DNA of 64,000 nt, taken from positions 2,368,001 to 2,432,000 of the forward strand of contig JAKFCY010000002.1 of NCBI GenBank assembly GCA_036676395.1, given 5' to 3'. Below, in pieces: positions 47,945-56,942 of the stretch (position 1 is the stretch's first letter; each line of letters opens with the position of its first letter). Made by a program: the position numbers and the translations under genes. Source of the stretch: Bdellovibrio sp. Lineage in GTDB: Bacteria > Bdellovibrionota > Bdellovibrionia > Bdellovibrionales > Bdellovibrionaceae. The notes beneath the pieces were generated by a model, which saw only the letters and a program-made list of their open reading frames with translations, was not told the origin of the DNA and did not search any database.

Positions 47945-49903
47945 TTAGTCTTCAGCACCAGCTGGACCTGCATCAGCAGTTTGCCCAACCTGAACAGATA
48001 AAGGCCACATTTTCGTGTCAAATTCTTGATTAAAATCACGCATGATATCTAGTTCTTTAGTTTTGTTTCTTACCGTCAGCATGTTTTCATCGTTAATGTC
48101 GTTACCGGTTTGTGACCAGTTTTGCGAACCAACTACGATAATTTCTGCGCGCAACGAGCCATCTTTTTGACGACGTGATAATGTTGCTGATTTATGATGA
48201 TTCAAACCGTTCCAGATATTTTTTCTAACTTCAACTGAACCTGCTGGTTTTTTTGCATATGGATTTTGTTCTAATAAGTTACCGTCTTTAGCTTTCCACC
48301 AAGAATTTGCACCAGCACCAGTTAATTTATCAAAAACGATACGAATTTCAACACCACGAGCTGCTGCTGATTGCATGGCACGAACCATTTCATAGCCGCC
48401 ACCACCGAACATACTGATACGTAACAAATCACCTTTACGGGCTGAGTACACTAACGGCAACAATACACGGTGCTCGCCATCATCTGTTGGTGAAAAGTGA
48501 ACGCGCGCTTCAGTGCCGTCAGTAAATGTAAAATAACGTTGCGTGTTCGGGCGTTTTTTATCATGAAACGCACCAGTCACTAAAGATTTTGGTTTCGAAG
48601 CACTGTCATTAGGGCCCTGAAACATTTCTTTAAACTCTTCTAAGAACGAACCTGAAATCGCATCGTTCTTAATAAGAATGGCTAAATTAGAATTTGATTC
48701 ATCACCCATGCAAGTACGAGCTACATTTGTTGTGCCTGTCCATGTGCTGCGTGAACCGTTATTTTTTTCGAACACGATAAATTTATTATGCATGATACCT
48801 GTAAATGGGTATTCAACACGCGCCTTAGCTTTATCGTTTTCTGTAACATCCTGATTGATAACACGTAAAAGTTGAATGTTGTTTGCGTATTGAAAAGCCA
48901 TACGCGACAAATTCGATTTATAGTTTGATAAATCTTTATTTAAAGCAATCCAAGTCAAATCTTGCGCTTGTAAATCATAAGTTTTAGTCGTTGCTGGAGG
49001 CTTAATAAAGAAATCAGCTAATAAAAACTTACGTAATTCGTACTTACTTTTTGTTTTAGATAATTCAGCTACATCTTTTAAATATTGTTCAGCCCAGCCT
49101 GGCGTCGTGAATGCGGCATTTGGGCTATCAGCACTTGCTACATAAGAAAAATCTAATTCAACTTTTTTATTACCTAAGGCATAACGGCCATCTGGCAATT
49201 TAGTCATATTATAATCACGTAAAAATCCATTAGCTTGGCCTTCATCAGATACATCTAATACGGCATAAGTAGCAACTCCGGCTTTAACTTTTTCAGCCAC
49301 AGCATTAAATACCGAAGACATTGTATCCTGAATGTCATCAATACCATAAATAGCCATGAACATTTTCTTTTCGCCTTCTTTTTTGATTTTATCAGCCATG
49401 ATCTCGGCAACTGTTTTATCTGGAATCACGAAGTTCTTTTCAGTATTATTTTTTAAATTATTATACCAACCTTGAGTAAAGAAATATTCTAACTCTAAAT
49501 TATCACCCGCCGGAACCGGACGGCCTAAGTTAGGCAATGTGTCTTGGCGCATTTTAGATTTTGGTGCAACTTCAGCTTTAGCTTCTAAGCAAGCCCAGTC
49601 TTCAACGTCTTCACAGAATAAAAATTGTGTCGATGAATTTAAAATACGTGTTAATTGAAATTTAAAATTAGTTTTTTCTGGTGTTAATCCAATCGAAACC
49701 AAATAAGCCGCAATCTTTTCGATTTTTTCAGGCGCTACCTTTGGCAGGGCTTTTTTAACAGCCAGTTTAGTGATCTGCACTTTGTCGTCTGTTAAGGCGA
49801 CATTCTCTAAATAGAAAGGACGAGCCATTACGGATTGGCTGATCATTTGTGCTAAAGTGAGACACGCTAAACCGATACTTAATTTGCTTTTTAGGTTTTT
49901 CAT
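47945..49903 (-). CDS. Secreted phospholipase D-superfamily protein (two HxK domains)
   Basis: Signal peptide; MHNKFIVFE...WTGTTN and NHHKSATLS...VGSQNWS...NDENML; VHFSP and AARGVEIRIVFD are Nuc-like elements. Confidence 0.85.
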   Translation of the reverse strand: MKNLKSKLSIGLACLTLAQMISQSVMARPFYLENVALTDDKVQITKLAVKKALPKVAPEKIEKIAAYLVSIGLTPEKTNFKFQLTRILNSSTQFLFCEDVEDWACLEAKAEVAPKSKMRQDTLPNLGRPVPAGDNLELEYFFTQGWYNNLKNNTEKNFVIPDKTVAEIMADKIKKEGEKKMFMAIYGIDDIQDTMSSVFNAVAEKVKAGVATYAVLDVSDEGQANGFLRDYNMTKLPDGRYALGNKKVELDFSYVASADSPNAAFTTPGWAEQYLKDVAELSKTKSKYELRKFLLADFFIKPPATTKTYDLQAQDLTWIALNKDLSNYKSNLSRMAFQYANNIQLLRVINQDVTENDKAKARVEYPFTGIMHNKFIVFEKNNGSRSTWTGTTNVARTCMGDESNSNLAILIKNDAISGSFLEEFKEMFQGPNDSASKPKSLVTGAFHDKKRPNTQRYFTFTDGTEARVHFSPTDDGEHRVLLPLVYSARKGDLLRISMFGGGGYEMVRAMQSAAARGVEIRIVFDKLTGAGANSWWKAKDGNLLEQNPYAKKPAGSVEVRKNIWNGLNHHKSATLSRRQKDGSLRAEIIVVGSQNWSQTGNDINDENMLTVRNKTKELDIMRDFNQEFDTKMWPLSVQVGQTADAGPAGAED

Positions 49904-50065
49904 ATAAACCTATTAAAGCACTCTGGATGCCACTCTTAACCAAATATAGGTTTTCTAGCGACAGTTTACTGCCTAGGGTTTTAAACCCCTACAAAAAATG
50001 GCACCGTGTACGTATTAAGCTGAGACATAAATACAGAAAAACACGAGCTAAAACGTCGAAAAAGG

Positions 50066-50093
50066 TCAAAATCAGAGTCTGTTTTTCCGATAA
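50066..50093 (+). promoter_or_regulatory. Putative sigma28 promoter TCAAA-N15-TCCGATAA
   Basis: Ends 7 nt before GTG 50101, implying a leaderless transcript. Confidence 0.45.
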
Positions 50094-50100
50094 GAAGTAG

Positions 50101-51270
50101 GTGAAAAAGCAATTAATCACAGCCTTTATAACCAGCCAGTTTTTAGCGTTCGCAAGTCCAGCACTTGCCAGCGATAAGACCTTCTATTTGTCGACTCTTG
50201 AAGACGATGATAGCGGTACTGCTATCTACGAGTGCCAGCAAAAAAAATGCAGCGAAGGCCCGGCCACGATCAACCGTTCAGCATCAGTACAAATCACCGG
50301 AGCCGAGTTCAAAGGTTTTATGAATGATCCCTTTGATAATGCTGAAGTCACCGAAGTGTTTGTTCCGGTAAGGTACTCATATCTTGACCCACAAAGCCCA
50401 GATAAATTTAAAACCGGTCAAGGGTATTTACCCAAATATTTATTATCTGAAAAAAATCTGAGCGCTTTTTTTTCTGCTGAAGATGAAAATACCAATCGCA
50501 TGCCAGCTGCCGCGAAAGCCACAGTGACGCCTAAAAAACCAAATATTTTAAAAGCCGCCACTCAAATCTATGGATTAGTCGGCGAATGCCCACTGGTTAA
50601 TGCGACCGTACTGCCAAAAAAACTTTCAAAAGGAAACGTTTTTGATTCTTATGCGTACACGCGTCTAAAAAAACAAAAAATTCCCAAATTACTGAATGAA
50701 AAAATGAAACCCATGACATTCGAAGATCTAATGAATATCGATTCATTAGCACGAACACTCTACGGAGAAATGGGCAAATGTTTTAGAAAAGGTTTACAAT
50801 ACCCGATTGCCGCAGCTTTGGTTGCCGTGAACCGTCTGGAGAATAAGCCTCGTTTTAAAGAATGGACCGGCAGCTCTGTGAAACGCAAAGTGGCCAGTGT
50901 TCCGCCACTTACACGAATTGTGACGACGCCTGAAAAATTCAATAACTGGAAAGTTTATGCCAGCGGAAAGTCCAACGGCCCGCTTCATCACAGTTTGTGC
51001 CCAGCACGCGTTGTGAATAAACCGTTCTGGAAAACCACTAAAGCCAGTCAAGCCGAAGTAGATATCTGGAAAAACGCCGTACGCATTGCTACAGAAGCTG
51101 TTCTGTTTCCAACGAAATTTAAAGCTCGTTCGCCGGCGATGAAAAATATTAACTTTTACACGTCAGGTATGGGTCAGTATGCTGACTACACACAAGTTTT
51201 TCCGTTCGTGAACGATCGTCCATTAGAAAATTTTGATTGTATCGAGATGTGGAAAGAACCGGGCAAATAG
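50101..51270 (+). CDS. Secreted protein with SleB/Hydrolase_2-type cell-wall hydrolase domain
   Basis: Signal peptide ending ALA; SLARTLYGEM (LARTIYxE motif with catalytic Glu), AALVAVNR, IVTTPEKFNNW. Confidence 0.7.
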   Translation: MKKQLITAFITSQFLAFASPALASDKTFYLSTLEDDDSGTAIYECQQKKCSEGPATINRSASVQITGAEFKGFMNDPFDNAEVTEVFVPVRYSYLDPQSPDKFKTGQGYLPKYLLSEKNLSAFFSAEDENTNRMPAAAKATVTPKKPNILKAATQIYGLVGECPLVNATVLPKKLSKGNVFDSYAYTRLKKQKIPKLLNEKMKPMTFEDLMNIDSLARTLYGEMGKCFRKGLQYPIAAALVAVNRLENKPRFKEWTGSSVKRKVASVPPLTRIVTTPEKFNNWKVYASGKSNGPLHHSLCPARVVNKPFWKTTKASQAEVDIWKNAVRIATEAVLFPTKFKARSPAMKNINFYTSGMGQYADYTQVFPFVNDRPLENFDCIEMWKEPGK

Positions 51271-51276
51271 AATTAT

Positions 51277-51348
51277 TGCTTAATTTTCGACGCTCGGAGT
51301 TTTAGCTGGCAACTGCTAGCTGAAGTGCAGAGCGAAATTTAAGAGTCA
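51277..51348. repeat. Third copy of the ~70-nt hairpin intergenic repeat
   Basis: TGCTTAATTTTCGACGCTC...TTTTAGCTGGCA-AC-TGCTAGCTGAA...AGAGCGAAATTTAAGAGTCA aligns with 16482-16614. Confidence 0.7.
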
Positions 51349-51364
51349 CATTGCACTCGGTAGT

Positions 51365-51871
51365 TTAGTATTGGATTAGCGACTTAATCGGTTCGTTTTT
51401 AAATTTCATCTCATTCAAAAACGTCAGATTAATTAAAACTAAAATATCAGTGACTTTGTATCCAGCTTTTTCGCAAAGACTTGTTGAAGCTTTTAATGTT
51501 CCGCCAGTGGCTAACACGTCATCGACGATCACTGCGCGTAATGGCTTAAGCGTTGGCGCAATCTCTAAAGTCGCTTCACCGTATTCAAGTTTATAAGATT
51601 CTTTAATTGTTGGCGGTGGTAATTTACCAGCTTTACGAAGTGGTAAAAAACCTTTATCAAAATGCGCCGCTAATGCTGCTGCAAAAATAAATCCGCGCGA
51701 TTCAATACCCACAAAAACATCAACTTCGTCTAAATTAATTAGACTGCCGAAATCTTCAGTTACATTTCTGAAAGCCTGTGCATCTTGCAACAAAGGTGTT
51801 ACATCACGAAACATCACTCCTGGAATTGGGAAGTCAGCTACATCACGAATTAAATTTTGATAAGATTTCAT
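51365..51871 (-). CDS. apt: Adenine phosphoribosyltransferase
   Basis: DFPIPGVMFRDVTPLL, ESRGF, RKAGKLP, VDDVLATGGT. Confidence 0.96.
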   Translation of the reverse strand: MKSYQNLIRDVADFPIPGVMFRDVTPLLQDAQAFRNVTEDFGSLINLDEVDVFVGIESRGFIFAAALAAHFDKGFLPLRKAGKLPPPTIKESYKLEYGEATLEIAPTLKPLRAVIVDDVLATGGTLKASTSLCEKAGYKVTDILVLINLTFLNEMKFKNEPIKSLIQY

Positions 51872-51904
51872 ACCCCGGAAAATAGCGGATTTCCGGGTAA
51901 TTGC

Positions 51905-53356
51905 CTAGAACATTTTCTTACGTTGACTTGAAGGTAGGATTCTTAAAACCTCGCGGTATTTGGCGACCGTACGGCGGGCGATATCAACGCCATCTTTTTT
52001 AAGCAAATCTACCAGTTTTTGATCAGATAATGGCTTTTTAGGATCTTCTTTAGCCACTAGCTCTTTGATTTTTAATTTAACCGCTTCTGAAGCTAAGGCA
52101 TCCCCGTCTGTCGACGCAATTCCTGAATTAAAGAAATACTTTAACTCAAAGATTCCTTGAGGGGTGTGCATGTATTTAGCTGTAGTTACGCGTGAAACTG
52201 TTGATTCATGCATACCAATATCAGCTGCGATATCACGCAAGATCATCGGTTTTAAAAATGCAGTTCCTTTTTCAAAGAATTCGCGTTGGTGTTTTACGAT
52301 TGAATCAGACACTTTAAAAATTGTTCTTTGACGTTGGTGAATAGATTTAATTAACCACACTGCAGATTTTAATTTATCCGAAATAAAGTCAGCAGCTTTG
52401 GCATCACCAGTTGGCGTTGAGCCGCCTTTTAACATATTACGGTAATAGTTTGAGATTCTTAATTTAGGCAAACCATCTTCGTTTAATGAAACCGAAAAAT
52501 CATCGCCCACTTTGTACACGTAAACATCTGGTGTTACGTAGTGAGTGTCATTACCTGCGTACGCGCGCCCCGGCTTAGGATCCATAGCGTAAATGATTTT
52601 ACACATATCGATGATTTCTTCCATCGGCTTTTGTAAAGCTTTGGCGATCGCATCGTAATTCTTTTTTTCTAAATCTTTTAAGTGATTATTAATCAGCGTC
52701 ACAAGATCTGTCGTGTCTTCTTCAATGTGTCTGGCTTGTACCAGTAAACATTCTTTTAAATCACGCGCACCAACACCAGCAGGGTCAAATTCATGAATCT
52801 GCACAATTGTGTCTTCTAAATCTGCTAACGGGATTTGTTCTTCTTCTGAAATTTGGCTTAAGGGAGTTTTAATATAACCATCATCATCGATGTAAGCGAT
52901 GATCGCATCAGCGGCTCTTTCCTCGTCTTCAGAAAAGCCAGCCATTTTTGCTTGCCAATATAAGTGGTCATGCAAAGTTTGTGTTGTTGAGATTATATTT
53001 TCGTAATTCATGATCTCTTCAGAACCTGAAGAAGCCTCACGCGGCATTTTATGTTGAATTTCTAAGTAATTTTCCCACTCGAACTCATCTTGTTTTTGTG
53101 GATCTTGCGCCTCTTGCGTTTGCGCTTCTGTATTGGTATCGGCTCCGCCTTCAACTTGTGCGGCAGCTTCTTTGGTACGCTCAAAGTCTTCTTCTTTTAA
53201 AACTTCGGCTTCTTCTAAAATTGGATTTTCTTCTAATTCATTACGAACTTGTGATTCTAATTCTAAGCGCGACATTTGAAGCAACTTAATCGCCTGTTGT
53301 AGCTGTGGTGTAATTACCAAGCCCTGACTAAGATTCATCGTTTGCTTCATTGCCAT
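51905..53356 (-). CDS. rpoN: RNA polymerase sigma-54 factor
   Basis: TPQLQQAIKLLQ, HESTVSR, RpoN box ARRTVAKYR. Confidence 0.98.
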   Translation of the reverse strand: MAMKQTMNLSQGLVITPQLQQAIKLLQMSRLELESQVRNELEENPILEEAEVLKEEDFERTKEAAAQVEGGADTNTEAQTQEAQDPQKQDEFEWENYLEIQHKMPREASSGSEEIMNYENIISTTQTLHDHLYWQAKMAGFSEDEERAADAIIAYIDDDGYIKTPLSQISEEEQIPLADLEDTIVQIHEFDPAGVGARDLKECLLVQARHIEEDTTDLVTLINNHLKDLEKKNYDAIAKALQKPMEEIIDMCKIIYAMDPKPGRAYAGNDTHYVTPDVYVYKVGDDFSVSLNEDGLPKLRISNYYRNMLKGGSTPTGDAKAADFISDKLKSAVWLIKSIHQRQRTIFKVSDSIVKHQREFFEKGTAFLKPMILRDIAADIGMHESTVSRVTTAKYMHTPQGIFELKYFFNSGIASTDGDALASEAVKLKIKELVAKEDPKKPLSDQKLVDLLKKDGVDIARRTVAKYREVLRILPSSQRKKMF

Positions 53357-53367
53357 CTCAACACACC

Positions 53368-54105
53368 TTACAGTTTGAAGTTCTCGCCTAAATAAAACTT
53401 ACGTGCAATTTCTGAAGTGGCGATTTCTTCAGAGTTACCGCTTACTTGGATGATTCCATCCTTCAAGATATAAGCATAATCGCAAATGCCCAAAGTCTCA
53501 CGAACGTTATGATCAGTGATCAAAACTCCTATACCTTTGGCCTTAAGATCTCGAATGATATTTTGAATTTCCCCAACAGCTATAGGATCAATACCTGCGA
53601 AAGGCTCATCTAACAATAGAAAATGCGGCGACCCAGCTAATGCACGTGCAATTTCCACTCTGCGGCGCTCTCCGCCCGACAAAGCGTAACCAAAAGATTC
53701 ACGAATATGGTTGACTCGAAAATCCTGTAAAAGACTCTCTAGTTTTTCGCGGCGCTCCTGAGGGTCATAACCATGGGCTTCTAAGGCCACCAAAATGTTA
53801 TCTTCAACGCTCATGCGACGAAAAATACTAGGCTCTTGTGCTAAATAACTTAAACCAGACCTTGCGCGTTTATACATTGGGTATTCTGAAATTTCTAGAG
53901 CATTTAACGTGATCGAACCAGAATCAGATTTAACAAGGCCTACCACCATATAGAATGATGTTGTTTTACCTGCGCCGTTTGGACCCAGTAGACCAACAAC
54001 TTGACCAGAGTGCACTTCAAACGAAACATCTTTAACGACTAAACGTTGACCATATTTTTTAGAAATATTTTTTATCGATAACGTGCTTGGTGCGTTTTCT
54101 GCCAT
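53368..54105 (-). CDS. lptB: LPS export ABC transporter ATPase
   Basis: [46 protein letters not shown]. Confidence 0.97.
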   Translation of the reverse strand: MAENAPSTLSIKNISKKYGQRLVVKDVSFEVHSGQVVGLLGPNGAGKTTSFYMVVGLVKSDSGSITLNALEISEYPMYKRARSGLSYLAQEPSIFRRMSVEDNILVALEAHGYDPQERREKLESLLQDFRVNHIRESFGYALSGGERRRVEIARALAGSPHFLLLDEPFAGIDPIAVGEIQNIIRDLKAKGIGVLITDHNVRETLGICDYAYILKDGIIQVSGNSEEIATSEIARKFYLGENFKL

Positions 54106-54111
54106 TTTAGT

Positions 54112-55140
54112 TTATTGCACTTTCTTAGAATCAATTTTGACCTTATTCATCTTAACTTTTTTTCCGCCTTCTAGGAAGACGATTTCTTCACCTTGAATTT
54201 CATCCTCGCCCATCTGGACCTTTGGACGACCACTTAAGGTCATTGTGTCTTCAAGCAGATTCATCAATAGCTGCTGACACACAGCGCTTTTACCTTCGTC
54301 TTTAAGAACCACCTGATCTTTAAGTAAAATGGATTCTAAAGCTTTTTGTTTTTCTGAATAACGAAAGAAAGCCTGCGGCGCGGTGATCGTGGTTGTATCG
54401 AACTTCATATTCACGCTGCCTGAAAATAAGGCCTCTTGATTTTTATTCGAAAACTCGGCGGCGTTCGAATTGACACGAAAAATTTTATTGTCCATGGCTT
54501 TGCTGGCTTCGATATTTGATTCGATATACATTTTATTCTTAACCAGATCGATCTTAAAACCCTGGCCATTTAATTTAAAACCAACACCATTTTTATCGTC
54601 AGGACCCAGCATGCGAACCGCACTATCACTGGTCAGAATTTTTTGTTCAGCCACATAATGTAAATCATTTGTTTCAAACTGGTAGCCATTCGAACTTTGC
54701 GTAACAACCTGACCGCGAATAACCATGTTCTTTGTTTGGCCATTGATTTCACCAATGTCGCCCGAGACCACGAAGCTTGATTCGTTTTCATTAAAGAATT
54801 CAACTTTTACTTTTTTTAAAACCCAGAGCTCTTCGCTGGAACCGGTCGCTTCATCCGCGTAAAGCTCCCATCCTTTGGCATTATCAGAGTTTTCAACAAG
54901 ATGCACGCCAACCATTTTTTGTTCGACCGCTTTGCGTTTGCCGCTAGAAGCTAATTTTTCGATATCTGCTTTGGTGGTAGCTGTTGCTGAAGTTGCGTTT
55001 GAGATGGCTTTGGAATTTGCCGTCGTTTCTGACGGCGAAATATCTTGCGGCGCCATTAATAAAGCCTGAATGAAAATCAGGCCAATGACGACAGACAGAA
55101 ATATAGAAATTTTATTGAGTTTTAACTTCCTGAGTAGCAT
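54112..55140 (-). CDS. lptC: LptC-like protein extended by an LptA/OstA-like beta-jellyroll
   Basis: N-terminal TM, WELYADEA, ETNDLHY...LTSDSAV (LptC-like). The second half has FSGSV...ITA...LSGRPKVQMGEDEIQGEEI (LptA-like). Directly upstream of lptB. Confidence 0.7.
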   Translation of the reverse strand: MLLRKLKLNKISIFLSVVIGLIFIQALLMAPQDISPSETTANSKAISNATSATATTKADIEKLASSGKRKAVEQKMVGVHLVENSDNAKGWELYADEATGSSEELWVLKKVKVEFFNENESSFVVSGDIGEINGQTKNMVIRGQVVTQSSNGYQFETNDLHYVAEQKILTSDSAVRMLGPDDKNGVGFKLNGQGFKIDLVKNKMYIESNIEASKAMDNKIFRVNSNAAEFSNKNQEALFSGSVNMKFDTTTITAPQAFFRYSEKQKALESILLKDQVVLKDEGKSAVCQQLLMNLLEDTMTLSGRPKVQMGEDEIQGEEIVFLEGGKKVKMNKVKIDSKKVQ

Positions 55141-55720
55141 TTTTATTTTCTGCTTCTTTTGCTACTGCAAAGTTAATTGGGCCACCACCGGCCTCGTAGA
55201 TAGAATACATCACTTTTTTCAAAGTTAAATAATCCATATCTTTATCCGCTTGTAATGTGACTCTTCTCCACGCATTAGGATCAATTTCTTCATTACCGAC
55301 AGTTTTATCCACTACATTACGAATTTTATTCTGCAATTTAGCATCTTGTTCTGTTTTTGCTTTTTCTAGCAAAACCCGAACCTGATCACGTAAGTTTGGG
55401 ATCACCCAGTCAACTGACGCCTGCACTTCTGCAAATGTAGCCACTTGTGTGCGATCGATCAATACTTCTTTTGAAGAAACGGTTACAACCACTGCAGGTT
55501 TTAATTCATTTACGCGCGCCGCTTTTGGCAGAGTAACTTCTTTTGGAATATAAAGAATTTCACCCGTCGTGTTATAATTTTGTAATAAGAAAATAACTAA
55601 CACGGTGAACATATCCACCATCGCTGTTAATGATAAAATAGCAGTTACGCCACGTTTTCCTTTACGACGACTTAAGATTTTATGATAACGATGTCTTTCA
55701 CCGGGCTTGTGAATTGCCAT
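55112..55720 (-). CDS. ExbD/TolR-family motor subunit, AglS-like
   Basis: LTAMVDMFTVLVIFLL TM with conserved Asp; LQADK. Confidence 0.88.
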   Translation of the reverse strand: MAIHKPGERHRYHKILSRRKGKRGVTAILSLTAMVDMFTVLVIFLLQNYNTTGEILYIPKEVTLPKAARVNELKPAVVVTVSSKEVLIDRTQVATFAEVQASVDWVIPNLRDQVRVLLEKAKTEQDAKLQNKIRNVVDKTVGNEEIDPNAWRRVTLQADKDMDYLTLKKVMYSIYEAGGGPINFAVAKEAENKNATQEVKTQ

Positions 55721-56190
55721 TAGTTCGGTCCTCCGGTTAATAATTCAGGAGAAAATCCTGCGCGTAAGCCTAAATCCATTGCGCTCACTACATGTTCATA
55801 TTTAATTTCATTTTCGATGGCCATTTTAATGCCACCTTTATCCGGATACATTTGTTTCACTTTATCTAAATCAGCAGCTAAAGCTTCTTTATCATAGTCA
55901 CCATTTAACATCGGGATCGCACGTACATCTTTACCGACATACAACACATAACCCGTTGCTTTAATATCCAAACGTAAAACTAAGTCTTCAAGAGGTGGCG
56001 GAGTAATCACCTCTGTGTTCGGATCTTTTGGCGAAGCAAATGAAGCGCCTAATTGAATCATTGAAACCTGTGTCCAGACCGCAGAGATCAAAAGAAAGGT
56101 GATCAACACCGACATCAAGTCGATGACCGGAACTAGATTTAAATCAAAATTTGTGCTACGTCCCCGTCCACCAGAATCTATATGAGCCAT
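55720..56190 (-). CDS. ExbD/TolR-family motor subunit, AglQ-like
   Basis: LNLVPVIDLMSVLITFLL...VW. Confidence 0.88.
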   Translation of the reverse strand: MAHIDSGGRGRSTNFDLNLVPVIDLMSVLITFLLISAVWTQVSMIQLGASFASPKDPNTEVITPPPLEDLVLRLDIKATGYVLYVGKDVRAIPMLNGDYDKEALAADLDKVKQMYPDKGGIKMAIENEIKYEHVVSAMDLGLRAGFSPELLTGGPN

Positions 56191-56218
56191 ACGTTACCTC
56201 GGAAAAATTAATTTCCAA

Positions 56219-56902
56219 TTAGTCTTTCATTTTATCGCGATTAGCAGACACTAAATTTAATAATGACATGCTTGTCTCGATCATTTCGTTTTCAGATTTT
56301 TGAATCATATGTTGAAACAAACCGTAAGCCACGATAGCTACGATTGAAACTGTTAATCCAAAACCAGTACAGTTTAAGGCATGCGAAATACCTTGAGATA
56401 GTAAAGTGGCTTTCGTTGCAGGATCTGCTGAAGATACCGCGCGGAATGAACCGATCATACCTAAGATTGTACCTAATAGACCCGCTAATACCGCGATGTT
56501 ACCAAATACGGCTAAGAATGATGTCCAACCTTCAAGTCTTGGCATTTCGCGAAGAACCGCTGCATCCATAGCTACTTGAATTTCTTCATCCGGGCGTTTA
56601 TTTAATGCGCCAACTAAACCAGCTTTTACTGTATTTGATAATGGAGTTGGGCGTGAATCACAAAATGAAATCGCTTGTCTGATGTCACCACCGATAATCA
56701 TGCGAAAAACCTGATCAGAAAATTCTTTTTTGTCTACGCGCAAAGATTTAAGTGTCATGAATCTTTCGACAACTAAAATCGCTGTTAATACCGCGATGAA
56801 CGCGATGATGTACATGACGCTTCCGCCTTCGACGAATGCTCGAACGATCGGATTTACGTTATCTACTGTTGCTACTGCTACTGCTGCTGCTGTTGGTTCC
56901 AC
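56219..56902 (-). CDS. MotA/TolQ/ExbB proton channel, AglR-like
   Basis: GLLGTILGMI, GISHALNCTGFGL; GAGG RBS before the GTG. Confidence 0.92.
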   Translation of the reverse strand: MEPTAAAVAVATVDNVNPIVRAFVEGGSVMYIIAFIAVLTAILVVERFMTLKSLRVDKKEFSDQVFRMIIGGDIRQAISFCDSRPTPLSNTVKAGLVGALNKRPDEEIQVAMDAAVLREMPRLEGWTSFLAVFGNIAVLAGLLGTILGMIGSFRAVSSADPATKATLLSQGISHALNCTGFGLTVSIVAIVAYGLFQHMIQKSENEMIETSMSLLNLVSANRDKMKD

Positions 56903-56942
56903 TTGTTTCCTCCTCGGATCTTATTTTATTTCTTAACTTAAA

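Noticed and set aside
46325..49903. PLD genes as cardiolipin synthase or as a restriction/defence nuclease
   Set aside because: They lack the N-terminal TM hairpin of Cls and have no helicase or methylase partner; both carry export signals.
49917..49932. Sigma54-like TGGCATCCAGAGTGCT on the minus strand upstream of the large PLD
   Set aside because: The spacing is correct, but the implied TSS (about 49906) would fall downstream of the apparent AGGT RBS and the -12 element is imperfect. Not supportable without TSS data.
49999..50014. TGGCACCGTGTACGTA as a sigma54 promoter
   Set aside because: It has GT rather than the conserved GC at -12.
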